Shown here in pieces: positions 19,288 to 29,635 of a stretch of DNA of 64,000 bases; position 1 is the first letter of the stretch, and each line of letters begins with the position of its first letter. A model generated the notes under the pieces. The model searched no databases. It was not told where the DNA came from and saw nothing but the letters and a program-made list of their open reading frames with translations. Source of the stretch: Aureliella sp. (GTDB taxonomy: Bacteria > Planctomycetota > Planctomycetia > Pirellulales > Pirellulaceae); the NCBI GenBank assembly GCA_963691875.1, contig OY829846.1, forward strand, positions 4,224,001-4,288,000. The letters are read 5' to 3'. Both the position numbers and the translations under genes were made by a program.

Positions 19288-21606
19288 CTAAAGCATTCGG
19301 TACTTGCGTCGCAGCAGCCACTCGGCTGTGATGAGAAGTACAAAAGCTACCGCGATCCACCAGCTATTCCAGAGTGGAATCGGTGGGAGTGTGCCAAGAC
19401 GGTTGCGGCTTCCGCGCGGCAATTCCTGCAACATCTTCTCAAACTCGTGTGGCCGATAAGACTTACCGCGGGATATCCTTGCGAGAGATTGCATCGTAGT
19501 GATGTCGGCTCGGAGATCATATTGCTCACCGGGAGGCTCTGAAACGGTGAATTCCACGGAAGGTGGCGGATCTGCGTTCGGCTGAACGAGCAAAGCAGTG
19601 TATTGACCTGCAGGCAGCTGTGGAACTTGCGCTGTGTATCGTCGATTGTCGCGTACCGATTGGCTCAGCCGAATGGTTTGCTGCAGCTGTTTCTCGTTGG
19701 TCACGCTGACACGCGCGCTGTTTGGCAGGTCTTCTATCGATGTCGAGCTGCCTACCGTGGCGGTAACGTGTAATGGTTGGCCAGTCTGAATCTGCTGCGG
19801 TTCAATCGTTAGCCTGGAGGACTCCTCTTGTTGTCGTAGTTTGCCGCGGCTAGCCCAGCGCAACAGTTGCCCCCAGTATCGCTGGTGATATGTATCGTTT
19901 CCTTGAAAGCTGGTCCAACGAAAAGTTTCATCGGTGAGCTGCAAAACGGAGCGGCCGGAACCAGCAAATTGCGATACAAGGAGTGGCCTGTTTTCGCCAC
20001 CGCCGGCAAGATTGACGGCTTGGGCCAAGACTTGTGCGGCTGGCTTCAGGCCTTTAATGGAGGCAATGTTCTGCACCGGCGGGAGTTGGTTCCAGGTTTC
20101 CTGCGTGGTTGCTTCACTTGCATCAAGCAGAAGGGGAAGTGCCGATTCCCCGATAGTTGTAGGCTGCCAGCGCCAAGAAACGAGCTCACTTGGCATGGCG
20201 CCTCGGCTAGCAGCAGAATTGAGACCTAAACTGTCGGTACGAATCGGAAGCAGGTCGCCCAGCGGCCATCCCTGAAGTTCCCTATGCGCAGAATCTCGGC
20301 CCCATAAAAAAAGACAGCCCGCGCCTTGCTGCGTGACTGTGTCGTAGATAATCTGTTGAGCACGCCGACTAACGAGACTCGGGTCAAAGCTTCCAAAAAC
20401 GAATACATCGACTTGCTCAAGTCGTTCGCGGTTGCTTGGGACAAGTCGTATGGCGGATGGATCTTGGCTGACATATTCCGAATCGGACGCTTGCAGGACA
20501 CTCACCAGTTCAAAGGCCTTGGTGCCTTCTTCGCCAACTTGTTGGCTCCGTTCCAAGAAGTGCTTTAAGAAGCGAAATTCGTAAGTCGGCTGTCCTTGGA
20601 CCAGCATGACTCGGATCGTTTTATTTTGAACCGTTAAGTCCTTTTCCAGACGGTTGTTGCCCAAGTCTGTCTCACCGGGCAACGGCCGGGCTTCCACTGC
20701 AAGCCGCATCTTGCCAGAGCGCTTTGGCACAAAGTCAAGTCTGATGTTTCGTTGCGGTTGGCTGGGGTCTAGGGTAAGTGTCTTTTTGTCTAGGGCTTCG
20801 CCTGTGCCAAGGTCGATCAGAGCGATTCGGCTATCACCCGTCACGTAGTTGATCGCGACCGCGCTGAGCTCCACGGTGACCCGATCTCCCAAGTACGCAT
20901 TCGGTTCGACTCGCAAATCGCTGAGCCGGAGGTCGGGTAATGCAAAGTCTCGACCGACAGAAAGGGCGTAAACAGGAATGGCGGCCGAATGAGCGGCTTT
21001 GGCTGCTTCTTCAAGGCCAACGCCCGCTGTGTTGATTCCATCGCTTAGAAACAGCACGATAGCGCTTTCGCCGGCCCGCTGATCGATCAGTTTGATCAGG
21101 TTCTCACCTAATCTGCTAGTTTCGCCAGTCGCTTCCCAAGGAGTAGCACTATCTTGCAGGAATCCCGATGAAAGTGTTTCCCAGTGATCGGAAACGGAGA
21201 ACCATTGAATCGCGTACTGTTCGTTTAGCCTTTGTTTGCTGCTTTCGTCTAGATTGGCGAAGCCATTCTCTATCGTTGCAAGTCTAGTGCGTACTTGGTC
21301 ATCTGGGCCAAGTGCATCGCTGGTATCCATACTGGCGGAGGTATCGATAACAATTGCCAAAGTCGGGCGATCGGTCTCATAGCGAAACCAGTACCAACCG
21401 GTTAGCATCCATAGAGTCAGAAACAACAACGCGAACCGAATCGCTACTAACAATCCACGCTCGGGTATCTTGGCAGTACCACGTTCTTTGGCATAAATGA
21501 ATAAAGCAAAAGTGAAAGCCAAAACGGAGAAAAGTATCCAGCCCCAAGTTGGAAGTGACCAACTGGATTCTATGGCTGATTGCACGAGGGTTTCGGTAGG
21601 AGGCAT
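19288..21606 (-). CDS. Membrane vWA-domain protein with glutamine-amidotransferase-like domain
   Basis: MIDAS DTSASM, LSDG, EFRFLK, TFRW, YWGQLLRW and C-terminal TM AEWLLRR. ATG overlaps the upstream TGA. Confidence 0.85.
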   Translation of the reverse strand: MPPTETLVQSAIESSWSLPTWGWILFSVLAFTFALFIYAKERGTAKIPERGLLVAIRFALLFLTLWMLTGWYWFRYETDRPTLAIVIDTSASMDTSDALGPDDQVRTRLATIENGFANLDESSKQRLNEQYAIQWFSVSDHWETLSSGFLQDSATPWEATGETSRLGENLIKLIDQRAGESAIVLFLSDGINTAGVGLEEAAKAAHSAAIPVYALSVGRDFALPDLRLSDLRVEPNAYLGDRVTVELSAVAINYVTGDSRIALIDLGTGEALDKKTLTLDPSQPQRNIRLDFVPKRSGKMRLAVEARPLPGETDLGNNRLEKDLTVQNKTIRVMLVQGQPTYEFRFLKHFLERSQQVGEEGTKAFELVSVLQASDSEYVSQDPSAIRLVPSNRERLEQVDVFVFGSFDPSLVSRRAQQIIYDTVTQQGAGCLFLWGRDSAHRELQGWPLGDLLPIRTDSLGLNSAASRGAMPSELVSWRWQPTTIGESALPLLLDASEATTQETWNQLPPVQNIASIKGLKPAAQVLAQAVNLAGGGENRPLLVSQFAGSGRSVLQLTDETFRWTSFQGNDTYHQRYWGQLLRWASRGKLRQQEESSRLTIEPQQIQTGQPLHVTATVGSSTSIEDLPNSARVSVTNEKQLQQTIRLSQSVRDNRRYTAQVPQLPAGQYTALLVQPNADPPPSVEFTVSEPPGEQYDLRADITTMQSLARISRGKSYRPHEFEKMLQELPRGSRNRLGTLPPIPLWNSWWIAVAFVLLITAEWLLRRKYRML

Positions 21607-23783
21607 CAACCAATCTTCTGTCCAAAGTACCAAGCAATGCAGCTCTCCACCAAAAGTAATACTAAGACGGCAATGAGTAGCCCTTGAATCAAATGGTTCG
21701 AAGCTTTCATTGCTGGTTCGCCGGGAGGTTGATTCGCGCTACTTTCAATGGGCTGGATAGATGGCAGCTTGGGTAGCGAAATAGATGCAAACCGGGAGGT
21801 GATGGGCTCGAGGTTGACGCTATATGGTACCAGTCGATCACCGCCCATGTGCTCGGCCTTTACTTGGTACATCCCAGATGTCTGAGTCTGGTAAAAGAAC
21901 CAGCCGTATCCTCCATCTCCAAGACTTTCCGTGGTCAGTTGTTTGCTTTCTCCGTTCGGCAAGATGACCTCTGCGGTGGATGGGGTTGTGCTGCTTACTT
22001 GTCCCCCAAGCACATCGCCACATGCAAGATTTTGATCTTCCAGCTGTGAGTCGAGCAAGGACTGCATCAGTCCTTGCATCAGTGGAACAAAACTTGGCCA
22101 TGTCGCCATAGCATTCCAGGGTGATTCTGCGCTTGAATCATTGGTGCTGGGCGCAGAAAGCAGGCAAGCGACCCAGCCATTGCCAGATTGGAAACGCGTG
22201 ACCAGGGGACCGGAATCCACCAAGCCAATATCCCGTCTTAGCCCAGGATGCTCGTTCTGGATGAGCCAGTGGCGGAAAATAGGAGTGGTGAGCAAACCCG
22301 AGTCTGGAAAGCCTTGAAATGGCTTGGCAATCGAACTTTGGTATTCAAGTGGATCAATATTCCACAGCTTCTCCGCTGATGCTTGCACAAGTTGAAAGCC
22401 AAGTAGGGTTTCGGAATCCATGCTATTCCACATCGCAGAAGTCGTCGCAGGGCCGAGTCCGATAACCAGGTTACCACCCCGCTCAACGAATGATTGCAAC
22501 TGCGCGAAAACTGGACGATCCAAGTAGCCTAAGTCATTGCAGACAATCACTTCCCATTCCGTTAGATTGGATGCCAGCAGATCAATGGGCGATAGGATGG
22601 TAACATCGGCTCTTGTAGCCCCCTCCAGTAAGTCTCCTGCCGATAAAGCTAGGCGAATCATGCGAGTCTCGTCCTTCTTGCTTTCGACAAACAGGATGCG
22701 ACGATTATCGCGAACTTCTACTACCAGATGTCGCTGATTGTCCACTGTAAGATTGTCTTGAGGAAGTGAAGCCGTGATTCGATTAAAACCCGCGTCTTCG
22801 GCTTTCAATTGAAAGCTAACCGAACCAAGACTTTGCGCTGGGATGTCTAGTTGCTCAGAGGTAATATGTTGATCATTGAGCGAAATCGAAACTTCGACGT
22901 TGGATTCCGGACGACTGTTGAAGTTGAAGATCGTCGCGGTTACTCTTATTTCCTCGCCTAGCAAGTGGTGAGAAGATTCTGCTTGAAGGTCTTGTAGTAC
23001 GAGGTTGGTTGGTCTGGAGTTGCCAAGCGGTATCACCTTTAGCGGATACTTTGAAGCGAGCTGGACAAGTGCGTTCTCATTCTGTTCGAAAGCTGGCTGC
23101 CAGGTTGCGCCGACAAAATCACTGAGGAGTACTACTTCGATCTTCTTTGGCGCCGCAGGGTTCTGTTTCGTTTGCTCCAAGATCGACGAAACATAGGTTA
23201 AGCCACTGGGTATGTCGGCCCGTTGATGAGGCAACTGCTGACGCTTTAGTTCGGTAATAATCCTTTCGGATTCACGGGTTGGTTTTCGGATCGGTGCTGC
23301 TGACGGCTTGCCAAGCGTGATCAGCATAAAGTTATCGTTGGGTCCAGACTCTTCGATCCGCGCTTTGGTTTTTTCAATTGCTTGCTGCCATCGTGACTCA
23401 TCGGCCTCATCACTGTTGTTTTTGCCGTAAGCCATCGTGTAAGAGGTGTCGACGACAAAGACCCAAAGTTTGGCTTGCGTGCCAGCTACTGGGTCTGACT
23501 TGCTGGAAAGGGCTTCTAAGTAGGGACGAGCAAGAGCGAGTCCGAATAACACGAGGATCAATGTGCGAATCAGTAGCAACAACCATTGCTCGAAGCGCAG
23601 TCTCTTCGATTCTTGTTCGATGACCTTTCGCAGCAGTTCGATGGTAGCCCATGAAACTTTGGTTTGCTGACGCCGAAGGAAGAAATGTATGGCAATCGGA
23701 ATTCCAGCCGCAGCGATCCATGCGAGCATCCACAAGCTGGCAAATCCAGCTGCTAGAAACACCCTAGGAACTAGCATCGTCAT
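21606..23783 (-). CDS. BatA N-terminal double-TM plus vWA domain protein
   Basis: IPIAIHFF, LLLIRTLIL..LARP, DTSYTM, LLSD and a C-terminal TM helix. Confidence 0.87.
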   Translation of the reverse strand: MTMLVPRVFLAAGFASLWMLAWIAAAGIPIAIHFFLRRQQTKVSWATIELLRKVIEQESKRLRFEQWLLLLIRTLILVLFGLALARPYLEALSSKSDPVAGTQAKLWVFVVDTSYTMAYGKNNSDEADESRWQQAIEKTKARIEESGPNDNFMLITLGKPSAAPIRKPTRESERIITELKRQQLPHQRADIPSGLTYVSSILEQTKQNPAAPKKIEVVLLSDFVGATWQPAFEQNENALVQLASKYPLKVIPLGNSRPTNLVLQDLQAESSHHLLGEEIRVTATIFNFNSRPESNVEVSISLNDQHITSEQLDIPAQSLGSVSFQLKAEDAGFNRITASLPQDNLTVDNQRHLVVEVRDNRRILFVESKKDETRMIRLALSAGDLLEGATRADVTILSPIDLLASNLTEWEVIVCNDLGYLDRPVFAQLQSFVERGGNLVIGLGPATTSAMWNSMDSETLLGFQLVQASAEKLWNIDPLEYQSSIAKPFQGFPDSGLLTTPIFRHWLIQNEHPGLRRDIGLVDSGPLVTRFQSGNGWVACLLSAPSTNDSSAESPWNAMATWPSFVPLMQGLMQSLLDSQLEDQNLACGDVLGGQVSSTTPSTAEVILPNGESKQLTTESLGDGGYGWFFYQTQTSGMYQVKAEHMGGDRLVPYSVNLEPITSRFASISLPKLPSIQPIESSANQPPGEPAMKASNHLIQGLLIAVLVLLLVESCIAWYFGQKIG

Positions 23784-23785
23784 GC

Positions 23786-24682
23786 TTAGCTCCTCGCTCG
23801 ACTAGCTAGGATGTGCGGCAACTGCTGCGCGAGCGACTCAGAAGTTCGAAGGCTGAAGTAATCTGAATTCTGCTGTCGACACACACGTTCAAGATCTCGG
23901 TGAAACTGCTTCATAGCCTTGCGGTAGGCACCTGCGATCAGCAATGGATCTGTCGTCAAGCTCGGCAGGTTTTCTAGCCCATCAAACTGTGTAGTTTGGT
24001 CGAACGGAAAGTCCAACTCGTCTGGATCGAAAATGTGAAGCAAAACTAGGTCATGGCGAGCGTGAGCCAGAAGCTTGAGTGCTTGCGAGACGGACTCGAA
24101 TTCGTCCAGCATGTCACTCAGCAAAATGAGCAGCGTCGGTTTCTGCAATCGTCCGGCGGTGTCGGATAAGACTTGAGTGAGATTGGTTTTCGTTTGCGTC
24201 GCGGATGTTTCAAGAATCTGTACAAAGTCGTCGAGTTGCGCCGGAGAGTTGCTGGCGGGCAGCCAATGCTCGATCTGCGAAGTGTAAGTGACCAGCCCAG
24301 CTTGGTCTTGCTGTGAAACAATGAGGTGACCTAGGGCGCAGGCAATGAGTTGTGCATATTCAAGCTTACTGAGATGGCTATTCTTGCCTCGATAATGCAT
24401 GCTCTCGCTCTGGTCGACCAGGATGTAGCAGAGCAGGTTCGTTTCATCTTCGTACTGTTTGAGGTAGTAACGATCGCTACGAGCGTAGACTTTCCAATCG
24501 ACTTGGCGCAGATCATCGCCCGGCACGTATTCTCGGTGTTGCGCAAACTCGGCCGAGTGCCCGCGGAGCGGACTACGATGCAAGCCCGACACTAAGCCTT
24601 CAACTAGGGTCTTTGCGCGAAGACCTAGCGGGCGGATCGATGCGAGGGTTTCAGGATCGAAGTACTTGAGCGATTTGTTCAC
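23786..24682 (-). CDS. DUF58 family protein
   Basis: GLHRSP..G.SAEFAQHREYVPGDDLRQVDWK, KQYEDET and DQSESM. GTG start at 24682 inferred. Confidence 0.92.
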   Translation of the reverse strand: MNKSLKYFDPETLASIRPLGLRAKTLVEGLVSGLHRSPLRGHSAEFAQHREYVPGDDLRQVDWKVYARSDRYYLKQYEDETNLLCYILVDQSESMHYRGKNSHLSKLEYAQLIACALGHLIVSQQDQAGLVTYTSQIEHWLPASNSPAQLDDFVQILETSATQTKTNLTQVLSDTAGRLQKPTLLILLSDMLDEFESVSQALKLLAHARHDLVLLHIFDPDELDFPFDQTTQFDGLENLPSLTTDPLLIAGAYRKAMKQFHRDLERVCRQQNSDYFSLRTSESLAQQLPHILASRARS

Positions 24683-25748
24683 GATTTGGGCTATTCTGCA
24701 GCGATTGATCCACATTCGCGATCACGGCTTGGATGATCGTATCGACCGTGACACCTTCCGCTTCGGCTTGAAAATTCAGCTTAATGCGATGTCGCAAGAC
24801 TGGGGCAGCGACGGCTTCGATGTCTTCGCGTCGCACGACAGGGCTACCATGCATGGCAGCTCGGGATTTGGCTCCAAGTACGATGTACTGGCTTGCTCGT
24901 GGTCCAGCCCCCCAACGGACACAACGATCGACCAATTCCGTGGCCGCGTTGGTTGTATCAGTGTCCTCTCGAGGTCGCGTGAGTCGCGATAGCTCCGTCG
25001 CGATCAACGCAAGCGAAGGTGTGATCGCAATTTGCCTTACAATCTCACCCATCTCGGCAAGCTGTGAGCCGTTGATTGTTGTTGGTAACTGCGATTCGAC
25101 GTGGCTAGTAGTTCGCAAGACGATATCTAGTTCGTCTTGCTGTGTTGGATAGCCGACGTTAACCAAGAACATGAAACGGTCAAGCTGGGCTTCAGGCAAG
25201 GGGTATGTGCCTTCTTGCTCGATTGGGTTCTGCGTCGCGAGGACGAAGAATGGATGTGGTAGCACATGTTTCTTGCCGCCCGAAGTGACGTGGTGTTCCT
25301 GCATTGCTTCCAGTAGTGCGGCTTGGGTTTTGGGAGGAGTTCGATTGACCTCATCCGCCAGAACGACATTGGCAAAGACAGGGCCTGGTACGAATTGAAA
25401 GGCTCGCTGTCCGGTCGCTTTATCTTCCTGGATCACTTCCGTACCCGTTATGTCGGCGGGCATGAGGTCAGGAGTGAATTGGATTCGACTGAAGTCCAGA
25501 TCGATCAGCTTGGCGAGGCTGGAGATGAGTAGTGTTTTCGCAAGGCCCGGTACACCTACCAGAATGCAATGGCCTCCGGCGAGCAAAGCGATGAGCAGCT
25601 GCTCGATGACATCTTCTTGTCCGACAATGGTTTGGGCGAGACCCGCGCGAACGGCAGTAACCTGTTCCCGGATCCGTTCCAAGGCTTCTGGGCCTGCTTG
25701 AGTTGTGTTCAACTGATCCGTCACGCTGGAATCCGGTGGTTTATCCAA
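24651..25748 (-). CDS. moxR: MoxR-family AAA+ ATPase
   Basis: GVPGLAKT, RIQFTPDLMPAD, DEVNR, ATQNPIEQEGTYPLPEAQLDRF. Confidence 0.95.
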   Translation of the reverse strand: MDKPPDSSVTDQLNTTQAGPEALERIREQVTAVRAGLAQTIVGQEDVIEQLLIALLAGGHCILVGVPGLAKTLLISSLAKLIDLDFSRIQFTPDLMPADITGTEVIQEDKATGQRAFQFVPGPVFANVVLADEVNRTPPKTQAALLEAMQEHHVTSGGKKHVLPHPFFVLATQNPIEQEGTYPLPEAQLDRFMFLVNVGYPTQQDELDIVLRTTSHVESQLPTTINGSQLAEMGEIVRQIAITPSLALIATELSRLTRPREDTDTTNAATELVDRCVRWGAGPRASQYIVLGAKSRAAMHGSPVVRREDIEAVAAPVLRHRIKLNFQAEAEGVTVDTIIQAVIANVDQSLQNSPNREQIAQVLRS

Positions 25749-26038
25749 GAGTAGTTATTTGTGTTTCGAGAAAGGGCAGGGCAGGGAATCGTCTGGCCGA
25801 TAACCATAGTGCTGCCAGACAGGCATATCGCACGTTATGCGGGATGACTATCCCACTTGGCCAATATCGGGTCTGCCATCGAAAATTATTCGGCTCCGCG
25901 CAATATCTCTCATATGGAGGTGTCTAATAGGGTTAAGCTGGATTGGGGAAAGGGAGTGCTTTCAATGACATCCGATGATTTATTATACCCCGACTACAGC
26001 GAAAGAGTTCGGTTCGATCGGCTGATGAATCTGTCTTC

Positions 26039-26896
26039 ATGTTCCCGACGCTAAATGTGGCCGCGCCTTTTATGAACGACTATCCAGCGATGTCAGCCAA
26101 GTCAAAGCAAGTGGTCGCCACTGAGCCTGCATCTGAATTTGATGCCTTTGATGTTCGTGTCGCGGATACGAAAGGATTGGAAGGCGGGATATTCGTCTCT
26201 GACCTACATCTTCTCAGTTCGCGATGTGACAGCCAGAGAGCGATATCAGATCTGCATCAATACAACTCACGATCGCAATGTATTGTTCTTGGAGGCGATA
26301 CCTTTGATTTTCGCTGGAGCACACAAGGCGGATTTGAGCACACCTGTGATTCTGCAGTTCGGTGGTTGGAGGAGTTGCTAGATGCAACCGGCGAAGCATC
26401 CATCTACTTCCTGCTCGGGAATCACGATTGCTTGCCCGAGTTTGAGAAGAGACTTCGCGCGCACTCGGAAAAAGAGCCGCGTTTTCACTTAGTTCCTCAT
26501 GTCTTGCTGCTGGCTGACTGCATGTTCTTGCATGGTGATATTACGCACGCTGGCAGTTTTTCAAGGCTCGCCGACTATCGCAAGAAATATCATCATCACG
26601 AGCCAAGATCCAAGTGGCAGCATCACTGGTACGATCGTGCAGTCCGCTTGCGCGTGCCAGGGTTAGTCTCGCGAGCTGTTTGTCCGACGCCAGTGACGTG
26701 CAACAAGCTTTCTAGGATCATCGAAGAATCGCAGTTAGCTGCATGGAAAAAAGTGAAGCGTGTTTACTTTGGACATACTCACGTCGCAGCAGACGGATTC
26801 ACGGTATCGGGGCGCCGGTTTTACAACCCAGGATCTGGCATAAGATTCATGAAGTACTTGCCACATCAGTTCCTGCTCCATCATTCAGAAAAGTAG
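26039..26896 (+). CDS. Calcineurin-like metallophosphoesterase (LpxH-like)
   Basis: SDLH, GGDTFD, GNHD, HGD, FGHTH and NPG. Start uncertain. Confidence 0.85.
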   Translation: MFPTLNVAAPFMNDYPAMSAKSKQVVATEPASEFDAFDVRVADTKGLEGGIFVSDLHLLSSRCDSQRAISDLHQYNSRSQCIVLGGDTFDFRWSTQGGFEHTCDSAVRWLEELLDATGEASIYFLLGNHDCLPEFEKRLRAHSEKEPRFHLVPHVLLLADCMFLHGDITHAGSFSRLADYRKKYHHHEPRSKWQHHWYDRAVRLRVPGLVSRAVCPTPVTCNKLSRIIEESQLAAWKKVKRVYFGHTHVAADGFTVSGRRFYNPGSGIRFMKYLPHQFLLHHSEK

Positions 26897-26916
26897 TTGC
26901 CCAGCTAGGTAGAAGG

Positions 26917-27594
26917 ATGACATCAGAATCGACCGGCACATCGAAACAGACAGAATCCAAGGCGGATTGTTATTCGGATGGCGAACGCGCTGCCATGGAA
27001 TGGGGCCAGCGCATACGCGCCCGTGCTCTTGCTCCGCTACTTAAACTGCTTTCACGGTTGAGCATTTCCGCCGACTTGGTCACTGGCCTGAGTCTTCTTG
27101 TTGGATTGGCCGCTATCGCGATGTTGGCGGTTGGTTGGCAATGGGCTGCAGTAGCGTGCCTCGTGTTTCACGTGCTATTGGATGGACTGGATGGTCCGCT
27201 CGCTCGGATGCAAGGGACCGCTTCGCCCCGAGGAAGCTTTACAGACACTTTGGCAGATCAGATCGTGGTGACTGGAGTCGCCATTTGGTGGATGGCAACG
27301 AATCCACAGGCTTTGCAAATCGTCATGGGCTGCAGTTTTGTCTTCCTGTACACGCTCGTTGTCGCAATTGCGATGGTTCGAAACGCAATGGGAGTTCCGT
27401 ATACTTGGCTAGTTCGACCGCGGTTCTTCTTCTTTGCAGCCTTGGTGATCGACGGAGTCTTCTTGCTTCCGAGTGCCATCATTGTCCTGGCCGTTTCAAA
27501 TCTGCTACTCGTAATTAAGGCGGGAAGCGGATTTCTCGCGCTTCGTTCCAACCTTCCCGGACCTGCATCGAATGACTCAGCCAAGAAAAACTAG
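26917..27594 (+). CDS. CDP-alcohol phosphatidyltransferase family protein
   Basis: Signature DGLDGPLAR...G...DTLAD and multiple TM helices. Confidence 0.88.
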   Translation: MTSESTGTSKQTESKADCYSDGERAAMEWGQRIRARALAPLLKLLSRLSISADLVTGLSLLVGLAAIAMLAVGWQWAAVACLVFHVLLDGLDGPLARMQGTASPRGSFTDTLADQIVVTGVAIWWMATNPQALQIVMGCSFVFLYTLVVAIAMVRNAMGVPYTWLVRPRFFFFAALVIDGVFLLPSAIIVLAVSNLLLVIKAGSGFLALRSNLPGPASNDSAKKN

Positions 27595-28321
27595 TTGGAG
27601 AGGGCTTAGCAAAGTTTGCTTTGTTAGGCTGTTCTTCGGTCTTGCTTTCGTTTGGCTGGTGTCCAACTGTGCGATGTACGTTTCCCGTCAAAGATTAGGA
27701 TTGCTCGCCGAATTCCAGTTTTAGCACCAGATTGCGAAGCAGTTTCACGATCGTCGACTACTGATCATTGGTCACCGAGGAGCAGGAGTTGAATCAGACA
27801 ATTTGGATCTCAAAATCGACGGTAGCCTTCGTGTTGGAGATGTTTGGGAAGAATTTGGAGGAACTCACAACTGGATTCTAGATATCAATTTTGATTCAGC
27901 TGCCAGCAAGGCTAAGATTGAGGGACAACTTTCGGACCACCAGATCCCCACCTAGAAGATCATCATCGTTGGCGATCAACCGGTAATGAAAGCGTTTCAA
28001 GATAGGGAGCTCCGACTTGGATAAACTGCACTCCGGGAATTGCACAAATAGATGCATCGGTCGCACTCATGCGTTTTCGACTTTTGTGAAAAGAACCAAT
28101 GCGACCTGCTTGTTGTCTCTGTCGACTTAGCGACTCCTTCCCTCGTTTCTCGCACAATTAAGGAAGGAATCGCGACTTGGACCTATGCTTCCGAGAGTCC
28201 TCGAGATCATGGACATGCAGTCAGCTGCGGCCGTCAATGGGCTCCTCGTCGATCATCCGGAGAAAGCGATAAAGGCGTTTCAATATATACCTGATCTGAG
28301 TAGCTAATGAGAAGGTGTGGT

Positions 28322-29635
28322 CTATTCGTGCCTCAATGCTTCGATCGGGTGCATCATGGCGGCCTTACGCGCTGGATAGAGTCCGAACAAAAGTCCAGCT
28401 CCGACCGAGATAAGTAGAGCAAAAGCCACTGACCAAGGTGCAATACGTGGTTCCAGGTTGTGCACGATTGGCGGAAGCGTTTCAGGTGAGATCGTCATGA
28501 TTGCTTGGCGCACCGCTCGAAAGATCGGGCCGCAGCAAAGTCCGAACAGAACGCCAAGTAGCCCTCCGCTGCCGGTCAGCACCAAGGTTTCTGTTAGAAA
28601 CTGTTGAATGATGTCGCTGCGTTTTGCTCCGATCGCCCGACGAATACCAATCTCGCGAGTCCGCTCTGTCACGGTAGCCAGCATAATGTTCATGATGCCA
28701 ATCCCGCCGACGAGCAGAGAGATTCCGGCAATGACGACTAGTAAAACATTGAACATGGCTCGGGTTCGTTCTGCTTGTCGCAAGAGCTCTTTGGGAACGA
28801 CTACCGAGTAGTCTTCGATCTTGTGAAACTTTTTGAGCAGGGATTCGATGATCAAAGCAGTTTCGTCCACCGTTTCGATTTCTTCAACGCTAACGGTGAT
28901 CTGACTAAGCTGGATATTCTCGCCTTCAAATTGACCGCCAGCGATCCTGCGCATGACTAAGTCGCCGACACGAGCTCGCATAGTTTCCAAAGGAATGTAG
29001 GCATCCGTGTTGTAGTCTCTTGCGTCGAGACTTCCGCCGATGGCTGCGGACGCGGTTCGTGCTTGAGTTTGTCCTACAACCGTGTAAAACTCGGCGCCAA
29101 CCCAGATGGACTGTCCAATCGGATTCTTGTAAGGAAACAGACGTTTAGCGCATTCATCTGCCAGGACGATGACCTTTTTTCCGCGATCACGAATGGTAAG
29201 CCAACGGCCACGAGCGATCTCGAGCCGGTTCATCTCCAAGTACTCTTCTTCGCAACCGACTAACTTTGAGTCAACAGTCCGATTGTCGCGGCGGAGCTCA
29301 AAGCGAACTTCGCGCATCGGAATCGCTTTTTCAATTCCAGGGATGTTCTCGACGATCCGCGTGTAATCTTTACGCAGCAAACCATAAGTCTTGACCCGTT
29401 GATTTGCACTATCGCCCTTTGTCGGTGCCACAGTCCGCACGATGACATTGTTCGCGCCGAGTTCCAGGATCTGCTGCTGGGCTCGGTAGCTGACGCCTTC
29501 TCCCATCGCGACCAGCCAAATGACTGTCGTCGTCCCAATGAAGATGCCAAGGGCTGCAAGCCCTGCGCGGAGCTTCTGAAGCAGTAGGCTCTTGATGCCA
29601 AGCTGAATCGTCTGAATAAGCGAACCGCTGATCAT
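28322..29635 (-). CDS. MacB/FtsX-type ABC permease
   Basis: ISLLVGGIGIMNIMLATVTERTREIGIRRAIGA and FGLYPARKAA..PIEALRHE. Confidence 0.93.
   Translation of the reverse strand: MISGSLIQTIQLGIKSLLLQKLRAGLAALGIFIGTTTVIWLVAMGEGVSYRAQQQILELGANNVIVRTVAPTKGDSANQRVKTYGLLRKDYTRIVENIPGIEKAIPMREVRFELRRDNRTVDSKLVGCEEEYLEMNRLEIARGRWLTIRDRGKKVIVLADECAKRLFPYKNPIGQSIWVGAEFYTVVGQTQARTASAAIGGSLDARDYNTDAYIPLETMRARVGDLVMRRIAGGQFEGENIQLSQITVSVEEIETVDETALIIESLLKKFHKIEDYSVVVPKELLRQAERTRAMFNVLLVVIAGISLLVGGIGIMNIMLATVTERTREIGIRRAIGAKRSDIIQQFLTETLVLTGSGGLLGVLFGLCCGPIFRAVRQAIMTISPETLPPIVHNLEPRIAPWSVAFALLISVGAGLLFGLYPARKAAMMHPIEALRHE

Noticed and set aside
27600..28300. Possible universal-stress-protein remnant (FDFCEKNQCDLLVVS)
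   Set aside because: Only a short resemblance within a stop-riddled frame. It cannot be supported without a search.
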